DNA of 19,919 bases from an uncultured Candidatus Rokubacteria bacterium (GTDB lineage Bacteria; Methylomirabilota; Methylomirabilia; Rokubacteriales; CSP1-6), in contig CAVXJS010000012.1 in assembly GCA_963762145.1 (NCBI GenBank), positions 1 to 19,919 of the forward strand. Reading direction: 5' to 3'. The position numbers and the translations under genes were made by a program. Numbering within the stretch: position 1 is the first letter of the stretch; each line of letters opens with the position of its first letter. This document shows, in pieces, positions 1 through 12,187 of this stretch. The notes below the pieces were generated by a model that was given only the letters and a program-made list of their open reading frames with translations, did no database searches and was not told the DNA's origin.

Positions 1-8
1 GGTCGGAG

Positions 9-1106
9 TCAGTCATGGAGGATGTCGGCTTCGAGGAGCCAGTCGAGGCCCACCGGGCGGGCGGTCATGTTGGTCAGCCGGAGCGCGCCCGCGAGCAGGA
101 GGCCGGGGCCGCCGACCGGCGTGGGCGCCTCGGCGCCCCCCAGCAGCGTGGGAGCCACGAACGCGGCGACGCGATCCGCCAGGCCGGCCTGGACGAAGGC
201 GCCGGTCAGCTCGCTGCCCGCTTCGAGCAGCACGGAGGTGACGTCCAGGGCGAACAGGCGGGCGGCGAGATCGGTCACGTCCACGCGGCCCTCTCGCGAC
301 TTGCACGCCAGCACTGTAACGCCCGCCGACTCGAGCGCGGCCAGCCGCTGCGGCGGCGCGGCCTCCCCGACCGCGACCAGGATGCGGGCCTGGGTTCCGG
401 TCCGGAGGAGCTTCGCCCCGAGCGGTAGGCGCGCGCGGCTGTCCACCACGACGCGGTAGGGCTCCCGCGGCCACGGCTCGAGCAGCCGCACGGTCAGCGC
501 CGGATCGTCGGCGAGCACGGTGCCGATGCCGGTCACGATCGCGTCGCTCCGGCTGCGGAGGCGGTGTCCTTCCTGGCGCGCCGCCTCGCCGGTGATCCAC
601 TGCGAGCCGCGGTCGAAGGCCGCGATCTTGCCGTCCAGGGTCATGGCCCACTTGATGGTGACGTGGGGCCGCTGCCGCTCGACGGCGGTGAAGAAGGTCC
701 GGTTGAGCTCGCGCGCGTCCCGCTCCAGGCAGGGACTGGTGACCTCGATACCCGCGGCGACCAGCGCGGCGCCGCCGCCGCCCTTCACCCGCGGGTTGGG
801 ATCTCGCGTCGCCGAGACGACCCGGCGGATCCCGGCCCGGATGATCGCGTCCACGCAGGGAGGCGTCCGTCCCACGTGGTTGCACGGCTCGAGGGTCACG
901 TAGAGGGTGGCGTCTCGGGCCCCCGGGCCCGCGGCGGCCAGCGCGGCGGCCTCGGCGTGCGCGGCGCCGGCCCGTTCGTGGAAGCGCTCGGCGAGCACGG
1001 CGCCGTCGCGCACCACGATGGCGCCCACCATGGGGTTGGGTGACGTGAGGCCGCGCCCCCGTGCCGCCAGGGTGAGGGCCCGCGTCATCCACTCGAGATC
1101 GGTCAT
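9..1106 (-). CDS. ribD: Bifunctional diaminohydroxyphosphoribosylaminopyrimidine deaminase / 5-amino-6-(5-phosphoribosylamino)uracil reductase (riboflavin biosynthesis)
   Basis: TSPNPMVGA, HAE and TLEPCNHVGRTPPC Zn-deaminase motifs; the C-terminal reductase domain has TLDGKIA, SQWITG and GIGTVLADDPALTVR. Confidence 0.97.
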   Translation of the reverse strand: MTDLEWMTRALTLAARGRGLTSPNPMVGAIVVRDGAVLAERFHERAGAAHAEAAALAAAGPGARDATLYVTLEPCNHVGRTPPCVDAIIRAGIRRVVSATRDPNPRVKGGGGAALVAAGIEVTSPCLERDARELNRTFFTAVERQRPHVTIKWAMTLDGKIAAFDRGSQWITGEAARQEGHRLRSRSDAIVTGIGTVLADDPALTVRLLEPWPREPYRVVVDSRARLPLGAKLLRTGTQARILVAVGEAAPPQRLAALESAGVTVLACKSREGRVDVTDLAARLFALDVTSVLLEAGSELTGAFVQAGLADRVAAFVAPTLLGGAEAPTPVGGPGLLLAGALRLTNMTARPVGLDWLLEADILHD

Positions 1107-1142
1107 GGCGTCATCCGGGTGCCGGCTGCCACCCGGGCAGGC

Positions 1143-1148
1143 ATTTTA
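1143..1148 (-). promoter_or_regulatory. Putative -10 box (TAAAAT) for ribD, overlapping the ftsY stop codon
   Basis: Minus strand reads GGGG-TAAAAT-GCC, 36 nt upstream of the ribD ATG. It is an AT-rich hexamer in a very GC-rich background; no clear -35 box. Confidence 0.4.
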
Positions 1149-2084
1149 CCCCGCTTCCTGCTGCTCCCCGAGCATGGCGTCGACGAAGGTTTTCGGGTCG
1201 AAAACCTGGAGGTCCTCGATCTGCTCGCCCACCCCGACCAGCTTGATCGGGACCCCCAGCTCCTGGTGGATGCGGATCGCGATGCCGCCCTTGGCGGTGC
1301 CGTCGAGCTTGGTCAGCACGAGCCCGGTCAGCCCGACCGCCTCGTGGAACATGCGCGCCTGCTGGAGCCCGTTCTGGCCGGTGGGCGCTTCCAGCACCAT
1401 CAGCGACTCGTGGGGAGCTCCGGGCATCTGCCGGCCCAGCACGCGCTTGAGCTTGCCCAGCTCGTCCATGAGGTTGGACTTGGTGTGCAGTCGCCCGGCA
1501 GTGTCGACCAGCAGCACGTCCACGTCACGCGAGGTGGCCGCCTTCACCGCGTCGAACACCACCGCGGCCGGGTCGGCGCCCGCGATCTGATGGATGACGT
1601 CCACGTCGATCCGGCGGCCCCACTCCTGGAGCTGCTCGATGGCCGCGGCGCGGAACGTATCGGCGGCCGCCATCAGCACGCGCTTGCCATCAGCCTTCAG
1701 CCTGGCCGCCATCTTCGCGGTGCTGGTGGTCTTGCCCGCTCCGTTGACGCCCAGCATGAGGATGACGGTGGGATGCGCGTCCAGGACGAGCGGGGCGGAC
1801 GCCCCCGTGAGGGACTCCTCGAGGAAGCGATGCAGGGACGTGCGCACGTCCTGGGTGGTCACCACGCGGCCCCGCTTGATCTCATCCCGCACGCGCTTGA
1901 CGAAGGCGCCCGCGGTGGCCGCGCCCAGGTCTCCCGCGATCAGGGTTTCCTCGAGCTCCTCGAGCATCGCTTCGTCCACCGGACGGGCGATGGCGAGGAT
2001 GGTGCCCAGTCCTTCGTCCATCAGCTCGCGGGTGCGCCGCAGTCCCTGGCGGACGCGCTCCCCGAGGGAGCCGAACAGGCTCAC
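1146..2084 (-). CDS. ftsY: Signal recognition particle receptor FtsY (NG domain only)
   Basis: GVNGAGKTT, AAADTFRAAAIEQL, DTAGRLHTK and TKLDGTAKGG motifs. Start placed at GTG 2084 (VSLFGSLGERVRQGLRRTR), overlapping the rodZ stop as GTGA. The longer track ORF to 2567 is shadow overlap with rodZ. Confidence 0.96.
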   Translation of the reverse strand: MSLFGSLGERVRQGLRRTRELMDEGLGTILAIARPVDEAMLEELEETLIAGDLGAATAGAFVKRVRDEIKRGRVVTTQDVRTSLHRFLEESLTGASAPLVLDAHPTVILMLGVNGAGKTTSTAKMAARLKADGKRVLMAAADTFRAAAIEQLQEWGRRIDVDVIHQIAGADPAAVVFDAVKAATSRDVDVLLVDTAGRLHTKSNLMDELGKLKRVLGRQMPGAPHESLMVLEAPTGQNGLQQARMFHEAVGLTGLVLTKLDGTAKGGIAIRIHQELGVPIKLVGVGEQIEDLQVFDPKTFVDAMLGEQQEAG

Positions 2085-2991
2085 GAGCCGGAAGCCGGGG
2101 CCTGGGGGAGCTCGAGTCGCTGGATGACGGTGCCCTTCGGACCGAGCGGCGGCAGGACCTTGCCGTTCAGGGCGACCTCGACACCACCGGCGTTGCCGAT
2201 GGTCACCAGGAACCGGCGCTCGGCCGACCACTCCCGGCTGGCCCCGGCCGGCAGCAGCTCCTCGGTGGCGCGCCCCTCGTCGGGCTGCACCCGGATCCAG
2301 GTCGGGTCCACCGCCCGGATCATGAGGCGCTGGGGACCCGACACGGTCTTGGCCACCGCTGGCGCCGGAGTCGGCGAGGGAGCCGGAGCGGCCGGAGCCG
2401 GCATGGCCGCCTGGGTGCTGGCTGGGGTGTGGCCGCCGGCTGCTGAGGGGGCGGCGCGGCTGGCCGCGGCGTTTCGACCGGCACGGGCGCGGGGGCGGCA
2501 ACCTTCGGAGCTGGCGCGGGGGGAGCCGGGGTCGGCTGGGCCGGCTCCGGGGCCGATTCCGAGACATCCATTTTCGGCGCGGCGACTGAAGTTCCGCCTG
2601 TTCGCTTGACAGTCAGGTTGACTATGATCAGCGCGATCCCCAGGACCAGCAGCAGGGCCAGCCCGACCAGGACCGAGCTCGGGGCCCACGTCGTCCGGGG
2701 GCGCGGTGGTGCATTCGCGGCCTGGGCTGCCGCGCGCTCGCCCGCCAGGGCTTCGTACTGCGCCAGCGCCCCTTCCGGGGCCTCGCGCAGGAAGCCGCAG
2801 TAGGCGCGTATGAAGCCGCGGACGAAGACCGGTGACGGCAGATCCGCCAGGCGCTCTTCCTCGAGGGCTTCGAGGTGGCGGATGCCCACCCGGGTGGAGC
2901 GGGCCATGTCCTCCAGCGAGCTGCCCTTGGCCTCGCGGAGCGCGCGGAGGTGGCCGCCGAGCGATGTCGTCGACTGTTCCGTGGGCGTCAT
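2081..2991 (-). CDS. rodZ: RodZ-like protein (XRE-type HTH, TM helix, Pro/Ala linker, DUF4115-like C-terminal domain); one frameshift near 2414
   Basis: N-terminal half (ORF 2320..2991) has LGGHLRALREAKGSSLEDMARSTRV...LPSPVFVRGFIRAYC and a TM helix VLVGLALLLVLGIALIIV. C-terminal half (ORF 2081..2689) has TWIRVQPD...VTIGNAGGVEVALNGK. Adding one base to the run at 2413-2415 joins the two frames. Confidence 0.85.
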
Positions 2992-2998
2992 GCCCAGT

Positions 2999-3026
2999 AG
3001 TGTAGCGCGGGTTACGCTTCGGTCAG
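2999..3026 (-). promoter_or_regulatory. Putative sigma70 promoter giving a leaderless rodZ transcript
   Basis: Minus strand CTGACC-N16-TACACT-N7-ATG, with no Shine-Dalgarno before the ATG at 2991. Confidence 0.5.
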
Positions 3027-6000
3027 CTTTACTGAGACGAGGCGGGAGAGGCCCGGCTCCTCCATGGTCACCCCATAGAGCACGTCGGCGGCTTCCATCG
3101 TCTTGCGGTTGTGCGTGATCACCACGAACTGGGTCTGGGTGCAGAGCTCGCGCAGCACCCGGAGGAACCGGTGGATGTTCGCGTCGTCGAGCGGCGCGTC
3201 CACCTCGTCGAGCACGCAGAACGGGCTCGGGCGGTGATAGAAGATCGCGAAGAGCAGGGCCAGGCCGGTCAGAGCCTTCTCGCCGCCGGACATCAACGTG
3301 ACGGCCTGCAGCCGCTTGCCCCGGGGCTGGGCCATCAGCTCCACCCCCAGCTCCAGCGGATCCTCCTCGCCCTCCTCGGGCGGGACCATGCGCAGCTCGG
3401 CGCGCCCGCCCTCGAACAGCCGGGAGAAAATGTTGCTGAAGTGCCGGCTGATGTCGTCGAAGGCCTCCTGGAATCGCTCCTGGGCGGTGCGGGTCATCCC
3501 GCGTAGCGCCTTCTCCAGGTCCTTGATGGATCCGACCACGTCGTCGTGCTGGGTACGCAGGAACTCCAGACGCTCGGTCAGCTCGCGGAATTCTTCGTCC
3601 GCCACCAGGTTGACCGGGCCCATGGCCTCGAGCTTCGCGGTCAGCTCCTCGTGCCGCTGCCGCACCTCCTCGAGGTCCCGCGCCGCGTCGTGGGCGGCCA
3701 GGAGCGCCTCCACGGTCTCGATGGCGTGGCGTCGCCGCGCTTCCTGCACCAGCTCCTCGCGGCGCACGCGACCCTCGGTCTCGGTCAGATCGAGCTGGTG
3801 GAGCCGGCTGACCAGGCCGTTCAGCTGCTGCTGTACCTCGCGCAGGTCCGTCTCGATCGCCTGGCGCTCGTCGAGCTGGCGCTGGTGCTCCTCGGCGATG
3901 ACCGCGACCTCGGCCTCGAGCCGGTCGCGCTCGGCCACCGCGTCGCGGGCCTGCGCGTCCGTGCGCTCGCGCTCCGCGGCCAGATCCCCGCGGCGCTCGG
4001 CGGTCTGCGCCCGGCGCGCCACCGATTGCTGCTGCTGGAGTCCGAAGTCCTGCTCGAGGCCCAGGATGCGCTCGATATCGCGTCCCAGCGCCTCGACCCG
4101 CTCGGCCACCGTGGCCAGATCAACGCGGCAGACCGTGAGCCGCTCGGTGAGTCCGGCCTCGTCGCCCTGGCCGCTCTCGAGGAGCGTCTGTAGCCCGGTG
4201 AGGTCCCCGCCGAGCCGCGCCTCCTGCTCCGAGGCGGCCAGGAGCGCGCGCTCGAGCTCGACGAGCTGGCTCGCGGTTTCCTCACCCTCGCCCGCGAGCT
4301 GCTCGCTCTCGGCGGTCAGCGTGTCCAGGTGGCGCGTGATCCGGTCCGCCTCGCGCAGCACCGACTCGAGGTCCTTCTCGCCGGACACCCGCGCGGTCTC
4401 CTGCGCCTGGTAGTTGGACTGGAGCCCCTCGAGCCGCGTCCGCAGCCCGGTCACCTCACCTTCGATCGTCTCCGCCCGCGCCCCGGCGTCGGCCACGTCA
4501 CGCTCGAGTCCCGCGATCTCCTCGCCGAGCTGTCGGATGGCCCGCTTGCGCCCGAGCAGCGAGTGGTCATTGCTCTGCCGCTCGCTGCCGCGATGGCCGC
4601 CGGTGAGCCGCCCGCTCGGCGACAGCACCTCCCCCGAGCGCGTGACGTAGGTGGCGACCACGCCATTTCGCCGCCAGAGCGTCTCGGCCTGATCCAGATG
4701 GGAGACGATGCCGACGCGGCCGAGCAGGTAGTGCAGCAGGGCCGGGCGCGGGCCGCCGACCAGACGCGCCGCCCAGCTCACCTCCCCCGAGTCGTCGGGC
4801 AGCGTCCCCGGGACCGGCAGGGTCTCGAGCGGAAGCAGGGTCGCGGCCCCCGCCCCCTCGCGCTCCAGGTACCCGAGGGCGGCCCGCGCGTGCTCGAAGC
4901 GCTCCACCACCACCCACTGCAGGCGATCGCCCAGCACGGCTTCCACCGCGGCCTCGAGACCGTTCGGGACCTCCAGGAGGTCCGCCACGGTTCCCACCAC
5001 GCCGCCCAGGTTGCCCGTACCGGGGTGGGCGAACATCGCCCGCACCCCCGCGCCGTAACCCTCGCGCTCCCGCTCGAGGCGCTCGAGCGCCTCGAGCGCC
5101 GACTGCCGCGCGGCCAGCTTCACCCGCAGGCCGGCGGCCGCCTCCTGCGCCTCGGCGCGCGCGGTCTCGCGCTCGCGCCGCGCCACCTCGATCTCCTGCA
5201 GCTCCGTGCTCAGCAGCGAGAGCTGGACGTCGGCGCGCTGGCTGGCCGCCTCGAGCCGTCGCCGCGTGGCGGAGAGTGCCTCGGCCTCCGCCCGGGCGGC
5301 CTCCAGCTCCATGGCGAGGCGCTCGGCGCGGCGGTCCACCTGGGCGCGCCGCTCGCGCAGCTCGCCCCCGGAGCGCGTGAGCTCGGCGCGGGCGCCCGCG
5401 ACCCGGATCTGCTCGAGACGAAGAGCCTCGAAGCGCTCGCGGCGCTCGCTGAGCGCGCTCCGGCAGGCCTCGATCTGCATCTCCACCTGCCGCACCTCGC
5501 CGTCCTGCTCGACGTGCCGCCGGCGGGCCTCCTCGAGGCCGCGATCCTTGTCCCCCCGCTCGGTGGCCAGGGCGATCCGTCGCTCCGCGAGCCCGCGGAT
5601 CTCCTCCTCGAGCCGTCGCTCCTCCGCGACCAGGTCCTGGATCTGCAGACCCATCTGCTCGCGGCGCTCCAGCAGCCGCTCCGCCTCGCCCTGGATCTTC
5701 TGCACGGACTGGCGCAGGTCGCTCAGCCGGTACTCGGTGTCCTGGATGGCGGCGGCCTGGAGGGCCTGGCGCCCGGTGAGCGTGGCGATCCGGGCGCGCT
5801 GCTGCTCCTCGGTCCCGCGCAGCGACTCCATCTCGCGCGTGACCGCCTCGTGCTGCGCCGCGCGCGCGGCGTAGTCCGCCGCGAGGAGCGCCAGGTCGAG
5901 CCCCTGCCGCTCGGCCTGGAGCGCCTTGTACTGCTGCGCCTTCCGCGCCTGGCGCTCGATCGAGGTGACCTGACGGCGCACCTCCTCCATCACGTCCCGC

Positions 6001-6569
6001 AGCCGCTGCAGGTTGAGCCGGGTCGCGTCGAGCTTGCCCTGGGTCTCGGAGCGCTGCTGCTTGTAGCGCGCGATCCCCGCCGCCTCCTCGATGAACATCC
6101 GGCGCTCCCACGGCTTGGCGGTCAGCACGTGGTTGAGCCGCTCCTGGTCCATGAGGGCGTAGGCCTTCGGATTGACTCCGGTGCCCGCGAAGAGATCCTG
6201 GATGTCACGCAGCCGGCACACGTTGGTGTTGAGCAGGTATTCGCTCTCACCGGTGCGGTAGAGACGGCGGGCCACCGCCACCTCGCTCCACGGGACGCTG
6301 AGGCCCCCGTCGTTGTTGAAGACGAGGTTGACCTCGGCCATGCCGACCATCTTCCGGGAAGACGAGCCGTGGAAGATCACGTCTTCCATCTTGGCGCCGC
6401 GGAGGGTCTTGGGGCTCTGCTCGCCGAGGGCCCAGCGGATCGCGTCGGCCACGTTGGACTTGCCGCAGCCGTTCGGGCCGACGATGCACGTCACGCCCGG
6501 GAAGACCTTCACGTCGGTCTTCTCCGCGAACGACTTGAAGCCGTGGATCAGGATCGATTCGAGTCGCAT
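3012..6569 (-). CDS. smc: Chromosome segregation protein SMC
   Basis: MRLESILIHGFKSF start, Walker A GPNGCGKSN, two long coiled coils around a hinge (GVVGTVADLL...AVEAVLG), signature MSGGEKAL and Walker B VLDEVDAPLD; about 1185 aa from ATG 6569. Confidence 0.97.
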   Translation of the reverse strand: MRLESILIHGFKSFAEKTDVKVFPGVTCIVGPNGCGKSNVADAIRWALGEQSPKTLRGAKMEDVIFHGSSSRKMVGMAEVNLVFNNDGGLSVPWSEVAVARRLYRTGESEYLLNTNVCRLRDIQDLFAGTGVNPKAYALMDQERLNHVLTAKPWERRMFIEEAAGIARYKQQRSETQGKLDATRLNLQRLRDVMEEVRRQVTSIERQARKAQQYKALQAERQGLDLALLAADYAARAAQHEAVTREMESLRGTEEQQRARIATLTGRQALQAAAIQDTEYRLSDLRQSVQKIQGEAERLLERREQMGLQIQDLVAEERRLEEEIRGLAERRIALATERGDKDRGLEEARRRHVEQDGEVRQVEMQIEACRSALSERRERFEALRLEQIRVAGARAELTRSGGELRERRAQVDRRAERLAMELEAARAEAEALSATRRRLEAASQRADVQLSLLSTELQEIEVARRERETARAEAQEAAAGLRVKLAARQSALEALERLEREREGYGAGVRAMFAHPGTGNLGGVVGTVADLLEVPNGLEAAVEAVLGDRLQWVVVERFEHARAALGYLEREGAGAATLLPLETLPVPGTLPDDSGEVSWAARLVGGPRPALLHYLLGRVGIVSHLDQAETLWRRNGVVATYVTRSGEVLSPSGRLTGGHRGSERQSNDHSLLGRKRAIRQLGEEIAGLERDVADAGARAETIEGEVTGLRTRLEGLQSNYQAQETARVSGEKDLESVLREADRITRHLDTLTAESEQLAGEGEETASQLVELERALLAASEQEARLGGDLTGLQTLLESGQGDEAGLTERLTVCRVDLATVAERVEALGRDIERILGLEQDFGLQQQQSVARRAQTAERRGDLAAERERTDAQARDAVAERDRLEAEVAVIAEEHQRQLDERQAIETDLREVQQQLNGLVSRLHQLDLTETEGRVRREELVQEARRRHAIETVEALLAAHDAARDLEEVRQRHEELTAKLEAMGPVNLVADEEFRELTERLEFLRTQHDDVVGSIKDLEKALRGMTRTAQERFQEAFDDISRHFSNIFSRLFEGGRAELRMVPPEEGEEDPLELGVELMAQPRGKRLQAVTLMSGGEKALTGLALLFAIFYHRPSPFCVLDEVDAPLDDANIHRFLRVLRELCTQTQFVVITHNRKTMEAADVLYGVTMEEPGLSRLVSVKLTEA

Positions 6570-6628
6570 GTCGTGCACGCCCAGAGGGCGTAGACCACTA
6601 ATAACATGCGGTCGGCGGATCAACCAAG

Positions 6629-6655
6629 AAAAAACCCCACCAGCGGGGGGCGGGG
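6629..6655 (-). terminator. Probable intrinsic terminator downstream of secA
   Basis: Minus strand CCCCGCC-ccccgct-GGTGGGG-TTTTTT: 7-bp stem with one G:U pair and a U6 tract, about 40 nt after the secA stop. Confidence 0.6.
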
Positions 6656-6665
6656 ACGCGCTGCG

Positions 6666-6681
6666 GCACTAGATGTGGGCT
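6666..6681. promoter_or_regulatory. NrdR-box-like palindrome upstream of smc
   Basis: GCACTAGATGTGGGCT resembles the NrdR operator consensus acaCwAtATaTwGtgt. Only one good copy is visible. Confidence 0.3.
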
Positions 6682-6697
6682 GCCGGTCCGCCGGGCC

Positions 6698-9556
<2,859 letters not shown>

Positions 9557-9565
9557 GTCCGGGCC

Positions 9566-11281
9566 TCATCTTACACCACCCGCCGAGCTCCGCAGGAGCT
9601 CCCGGGCGTGCCGGCGTGAGGTTTCCGTGACGCGCTCGCCGCCCAGCATGCGCGCGACCTCGTCCACGCGGGCGCTCTCCCGCAGCGGGGTGACGGAGGT
9701 GCGCGTGGCGCCGCGGGCCACCCGCTTCTCGACCAGCAGATGATGCCCGGCGTAGGCCGCGATCGGGGCCAGGTGGGTCACGCACAGCACCTGCCGGCCC
9801 GCCGCGGAGGCGCGGAGCTTCTGGCCCACGACGTCCGCCACGCGGCCGCCGATGCCGGCGTCCACCTCGTCGAACACCAGGACCGGCACGTCGTCCGCCG
9901 CGGCCAGGACCGTCTTGGCCGCCAGCATCACGCGCGACAGCTCGCCGCCCGAGACGACCTTGGCCAGGGGCCGGAGATCCTCGCCCGGGTTGGCCGAGAG
10001 CAGCAGCTCCGCGGTCTCGGCGCCGCGTGGCCCGATTCGCCACCCGCCCTCCGCGGATGCGAGGTCTTCCGCGCCCGCCGCCTCCCGGCGCAGGGCCACC
10101 CGGAAGCGTCCGTGCTCCATACCGAGGCCGCGGATCTCCTTCTGGATCAGACGCTCGAGCTTCTCGGCCCCACGGCCGCGGGCTTCCGAGAGGGCGGCGG
10201 CTTCGGCGCCCGCCGCGGCCGCCGCCTCGGTCACCGCGCGCTCCATGTCCTCCGCGATCGCGTCGTGGCGTGTGATCCGATCCAGCGCCGCCGCCACCTC
10301 GTGCCGGTGGGCCAGGATCGCGGCGACCGAGTCGCCGTACTTGCGCTTGAGCTTCACGATGGCGTCGAGCCGTGCGTCGATCTGCTCGAGCCGCTCGGGA
10401 TCGAAGACCGCGCGGTCCCGGAGCGCGCGCGCCCGGCCGACCACGTCCTCGACATAGGCCTGGGCGCCCTCGATCGCCTCGACGGGTGCGGCCGCCTCCG
10501 GCTCGTGGCGCGAGACGTCGCGCAGCAGCGCGGCCGCGCGGGCCAGCCGGGCCGCCGCGGACTGCGGGTCTTCGTAGAGCAGGCCGAGCGCCTCCTGCAG
10601 TCCCGCCGCGATCCGTTCGGCGTGCTGGAGCCGCCCGCGCTCGGCGCGGAGCTCGTCCTCCTCCCCGTCCCTGAGCTGCAGCCCGTCGATCTCGGAGAGC
10701 TGGAACCGGTAGAGGTCCTCCTGGCGGGCCCCCTCGCGCATCTCTTCGCGCAGGCGAAGCAACCCCGCGCGCGTCTCCTCCCATCGGCGCACGAGCGCCC
10801 CGAGACGCTCGCGGCGCTCGTCCGCGCCCGCGAAGCGGTCCAGCAGCAGGAGCTGCCGCGCCGGCTCCAGGAGGCGCTGGTGCTCGTGCTGGCCGTGGAG
10901 CTCCACCAGGAGCTCGCCCAAGCGCTCGAGCAGGCCCACGGTGGCGGGCGCGTCGTTCACGAAGGCGCGATGTCGGCCGCTGCGCGCCAGCTCGCGCTTG
11001 ACGACGAGCTCGCCGTCGCCCGGCCGGTGCCCGGCCTCGTCGAGCAGCGCGGCCACCGGGCCGGCCGGGTCGATCTCGAACACCGCGGAGACCGTCGCGG
11101 TGTCCGCGCCGGTCCGGATCCAGTCGAGCTGGGCGCGGGCGCCGGTGAGGAGCAGCAGCGCGTCCACCACGATGGACTTGCCGGCGCCGGTCTCGCCGGT
11201 GAGGACGTTGAGGCCGGCGGCGAACGGCACCACCGCCTCTTCCACCACCGCGAGGTTGCGAATCGACAGCTCGCGCAGCAT
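9566..11281 (-). CDS. recN: DNA repair protein RecN
   Basis: MLRELSIRNLAVV start (alternative ATG at 11293), Walker A TGETGAGKS, LHGQHEHQRL, SGGELSRVMLA, FDEVDAGIGG and QVLCVTHL. Confidence 0.97.
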   Translation of the reverse strand: MLRELSIRNLAVVEEAVVPFAAGLNVLTGETGAGKSIVVDALLLLTGARAQLDWIRTGADTATVSAVFEIDPAGPVAALLDEAGHRPGDGELVVKRELARSGRHRAFVNDAPATVGLLERLGELLVELHGQHEHQRLLEPARQLLLLDRFAGADERRERLGALVRRWEETRAGLLRLREEMREGARQEDLYRFQLSEIDGLQLRDGEEDELRAERGRLQHAERIAAGLQEALGLLYEDPQSAAARLARAAALLRDVSRHEPEAAAPVEAIEGAQAYVEDVVGRARALRDRAVFDPERLEQIDARLDAIVKLKRKYGDSVAAILAHRHEVAAALDRITRHDAIAEDMERAVTEAAAAAGAEAAALSEARGRGAEKLERLIQKEIRGLGMEHGRFRVALRREAAGAEDLASAEGGWRIGPRGAETAELLLSANPGEDLRPLAKVVSGGELSRVMLAAKTVLAAADDVPVLVFDEVDAGIGGRVADVVGQKLRASAAGRQVLCVTHLAPIAAYAGHHLLVEKRVARGATRTSVTPLRESARVDEVARMLGGERVTETSRRHARELLRSSAGGVR

Positions 11282-11291
11282 CGTTGCGGCC

Positions 11292-11321
11292 ATGCTACGG
11301 CCAACGCCGCGCGGCGCTCAA
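11292..11321 (-). promoter_or_regulatory. Putative sigma70 promoter for recN
   Basis: Minus strand TTGAGC-N18-TAGCAT, 10 nt upstream of ATG 11281. Confidence 0.4.
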
Positions 11322-11328
11322 CTGTATC

Positions 11329-12187
11329 TTATCGCTCGCCCCACTTGAGCTTCGTGCGGAGCACCGAGAAGAAGTTCTTCTGGGGCACGCGGAGGAGCCG
11401 GGTCCGGGCGGTGGCCCGGCGCACCTCGACGATGTCGTGCGCCTTGAGCGCGAATCCCACCTGGCCGTCCAGGGTCAGCATGACGTCCTGGTCGGTGAGC
11501 AGGGTGATCGAGATCCGCTGGGTGGCGGGCAGCACGATCGGTCGATTGGTGAGGGTGTGGGAGCAGATCGGGGTGAGCACCACCGCGTCCATGGTCGGGA
11601 ACACGATGGGGCCGCCCGCCGACAGGCAATAAGCGGTCGAGCCGGTCGGAGTCGAGAGGATGAGCCCGTCCGCGCGGTAGCCGGTCGCGAACACTCCGTC
11701 CACCGCCACCTCGAGCCGGATGATGCGACTCATCGCCGACTTGGTGATGACCACGTCGTTGAGAGCCGCGTACTCGCCGAGCCGCTCGCCCTGGCGGAAC
11801 ACGCGGGCCTCGAGCAGCATGCGCTCCTCGATGATCAGCTCCCCGCGCAGGTAGGCCTCGAGCGCCGGGAACAGCTCGTCCACCGTGAGCGCGGTGAGGA
11901 AGCCCAGGCCGCCCAGGTTGACCCCCAGGATCGGCACGCCCAGGTCGCCCACCAGCCGGGCCATGCTGCAGCAGGGTGCCGTCACCGCCCAGGACGAGCA
12001 GGAGGTCCGACTGGCCGGGCAGCTCCGGCCGTCCCGCCATCGGCACCGTCGCCTCGGGGCAGAGGGCCGCAGTCTCCTTCTCGAGCACCGGCTGGATCCC
12101 GCGGTCCGCGCACCACTTGAGGAGCTGCGGCACGACCGTGCGGGCCTCCTCGCGGTCGGTCTTGGCGACGATGCCCAGCCGCTTCAC
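11329..12187 (-). CDS. nadK: NAD(+) kinase; one frameshift (extra base) near 11968
   Basis: N-terminal frame runs MKRLGIVAK...LVLGGDGTLL. The second frame continues SMARLVGDLGVPILGVNLGGLGFLT, ALNDVVI, ADGLILSTPTGSTAYCLSAGGP. The GTG start overlaps the tlyA stop. Confidence 0.93.

Noticed and set aside
1107-1145. FMN riboswitch upstream of ribD
   Set aside because: The intergenic space is only 39 nt and lacks the conserved RFN sequence blocks.
2085-2567. Long N-terminal extension of FtsY or a RodZ-FtsY fusion
   Set aside because: The extension is an out-of-frame read of rodZ; a GTG overlapping the rodZ stop gives a normal NG-only FtsY.
11294-11335. LexA/SOS box upstream of recN
   Set aside because: A CTGT half-site is present but there is no ACAG at the required spacing and no GAAC-N4-GTTC. 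The CGCCGCGCGGCG palindrome is unremarkable at this GC content.
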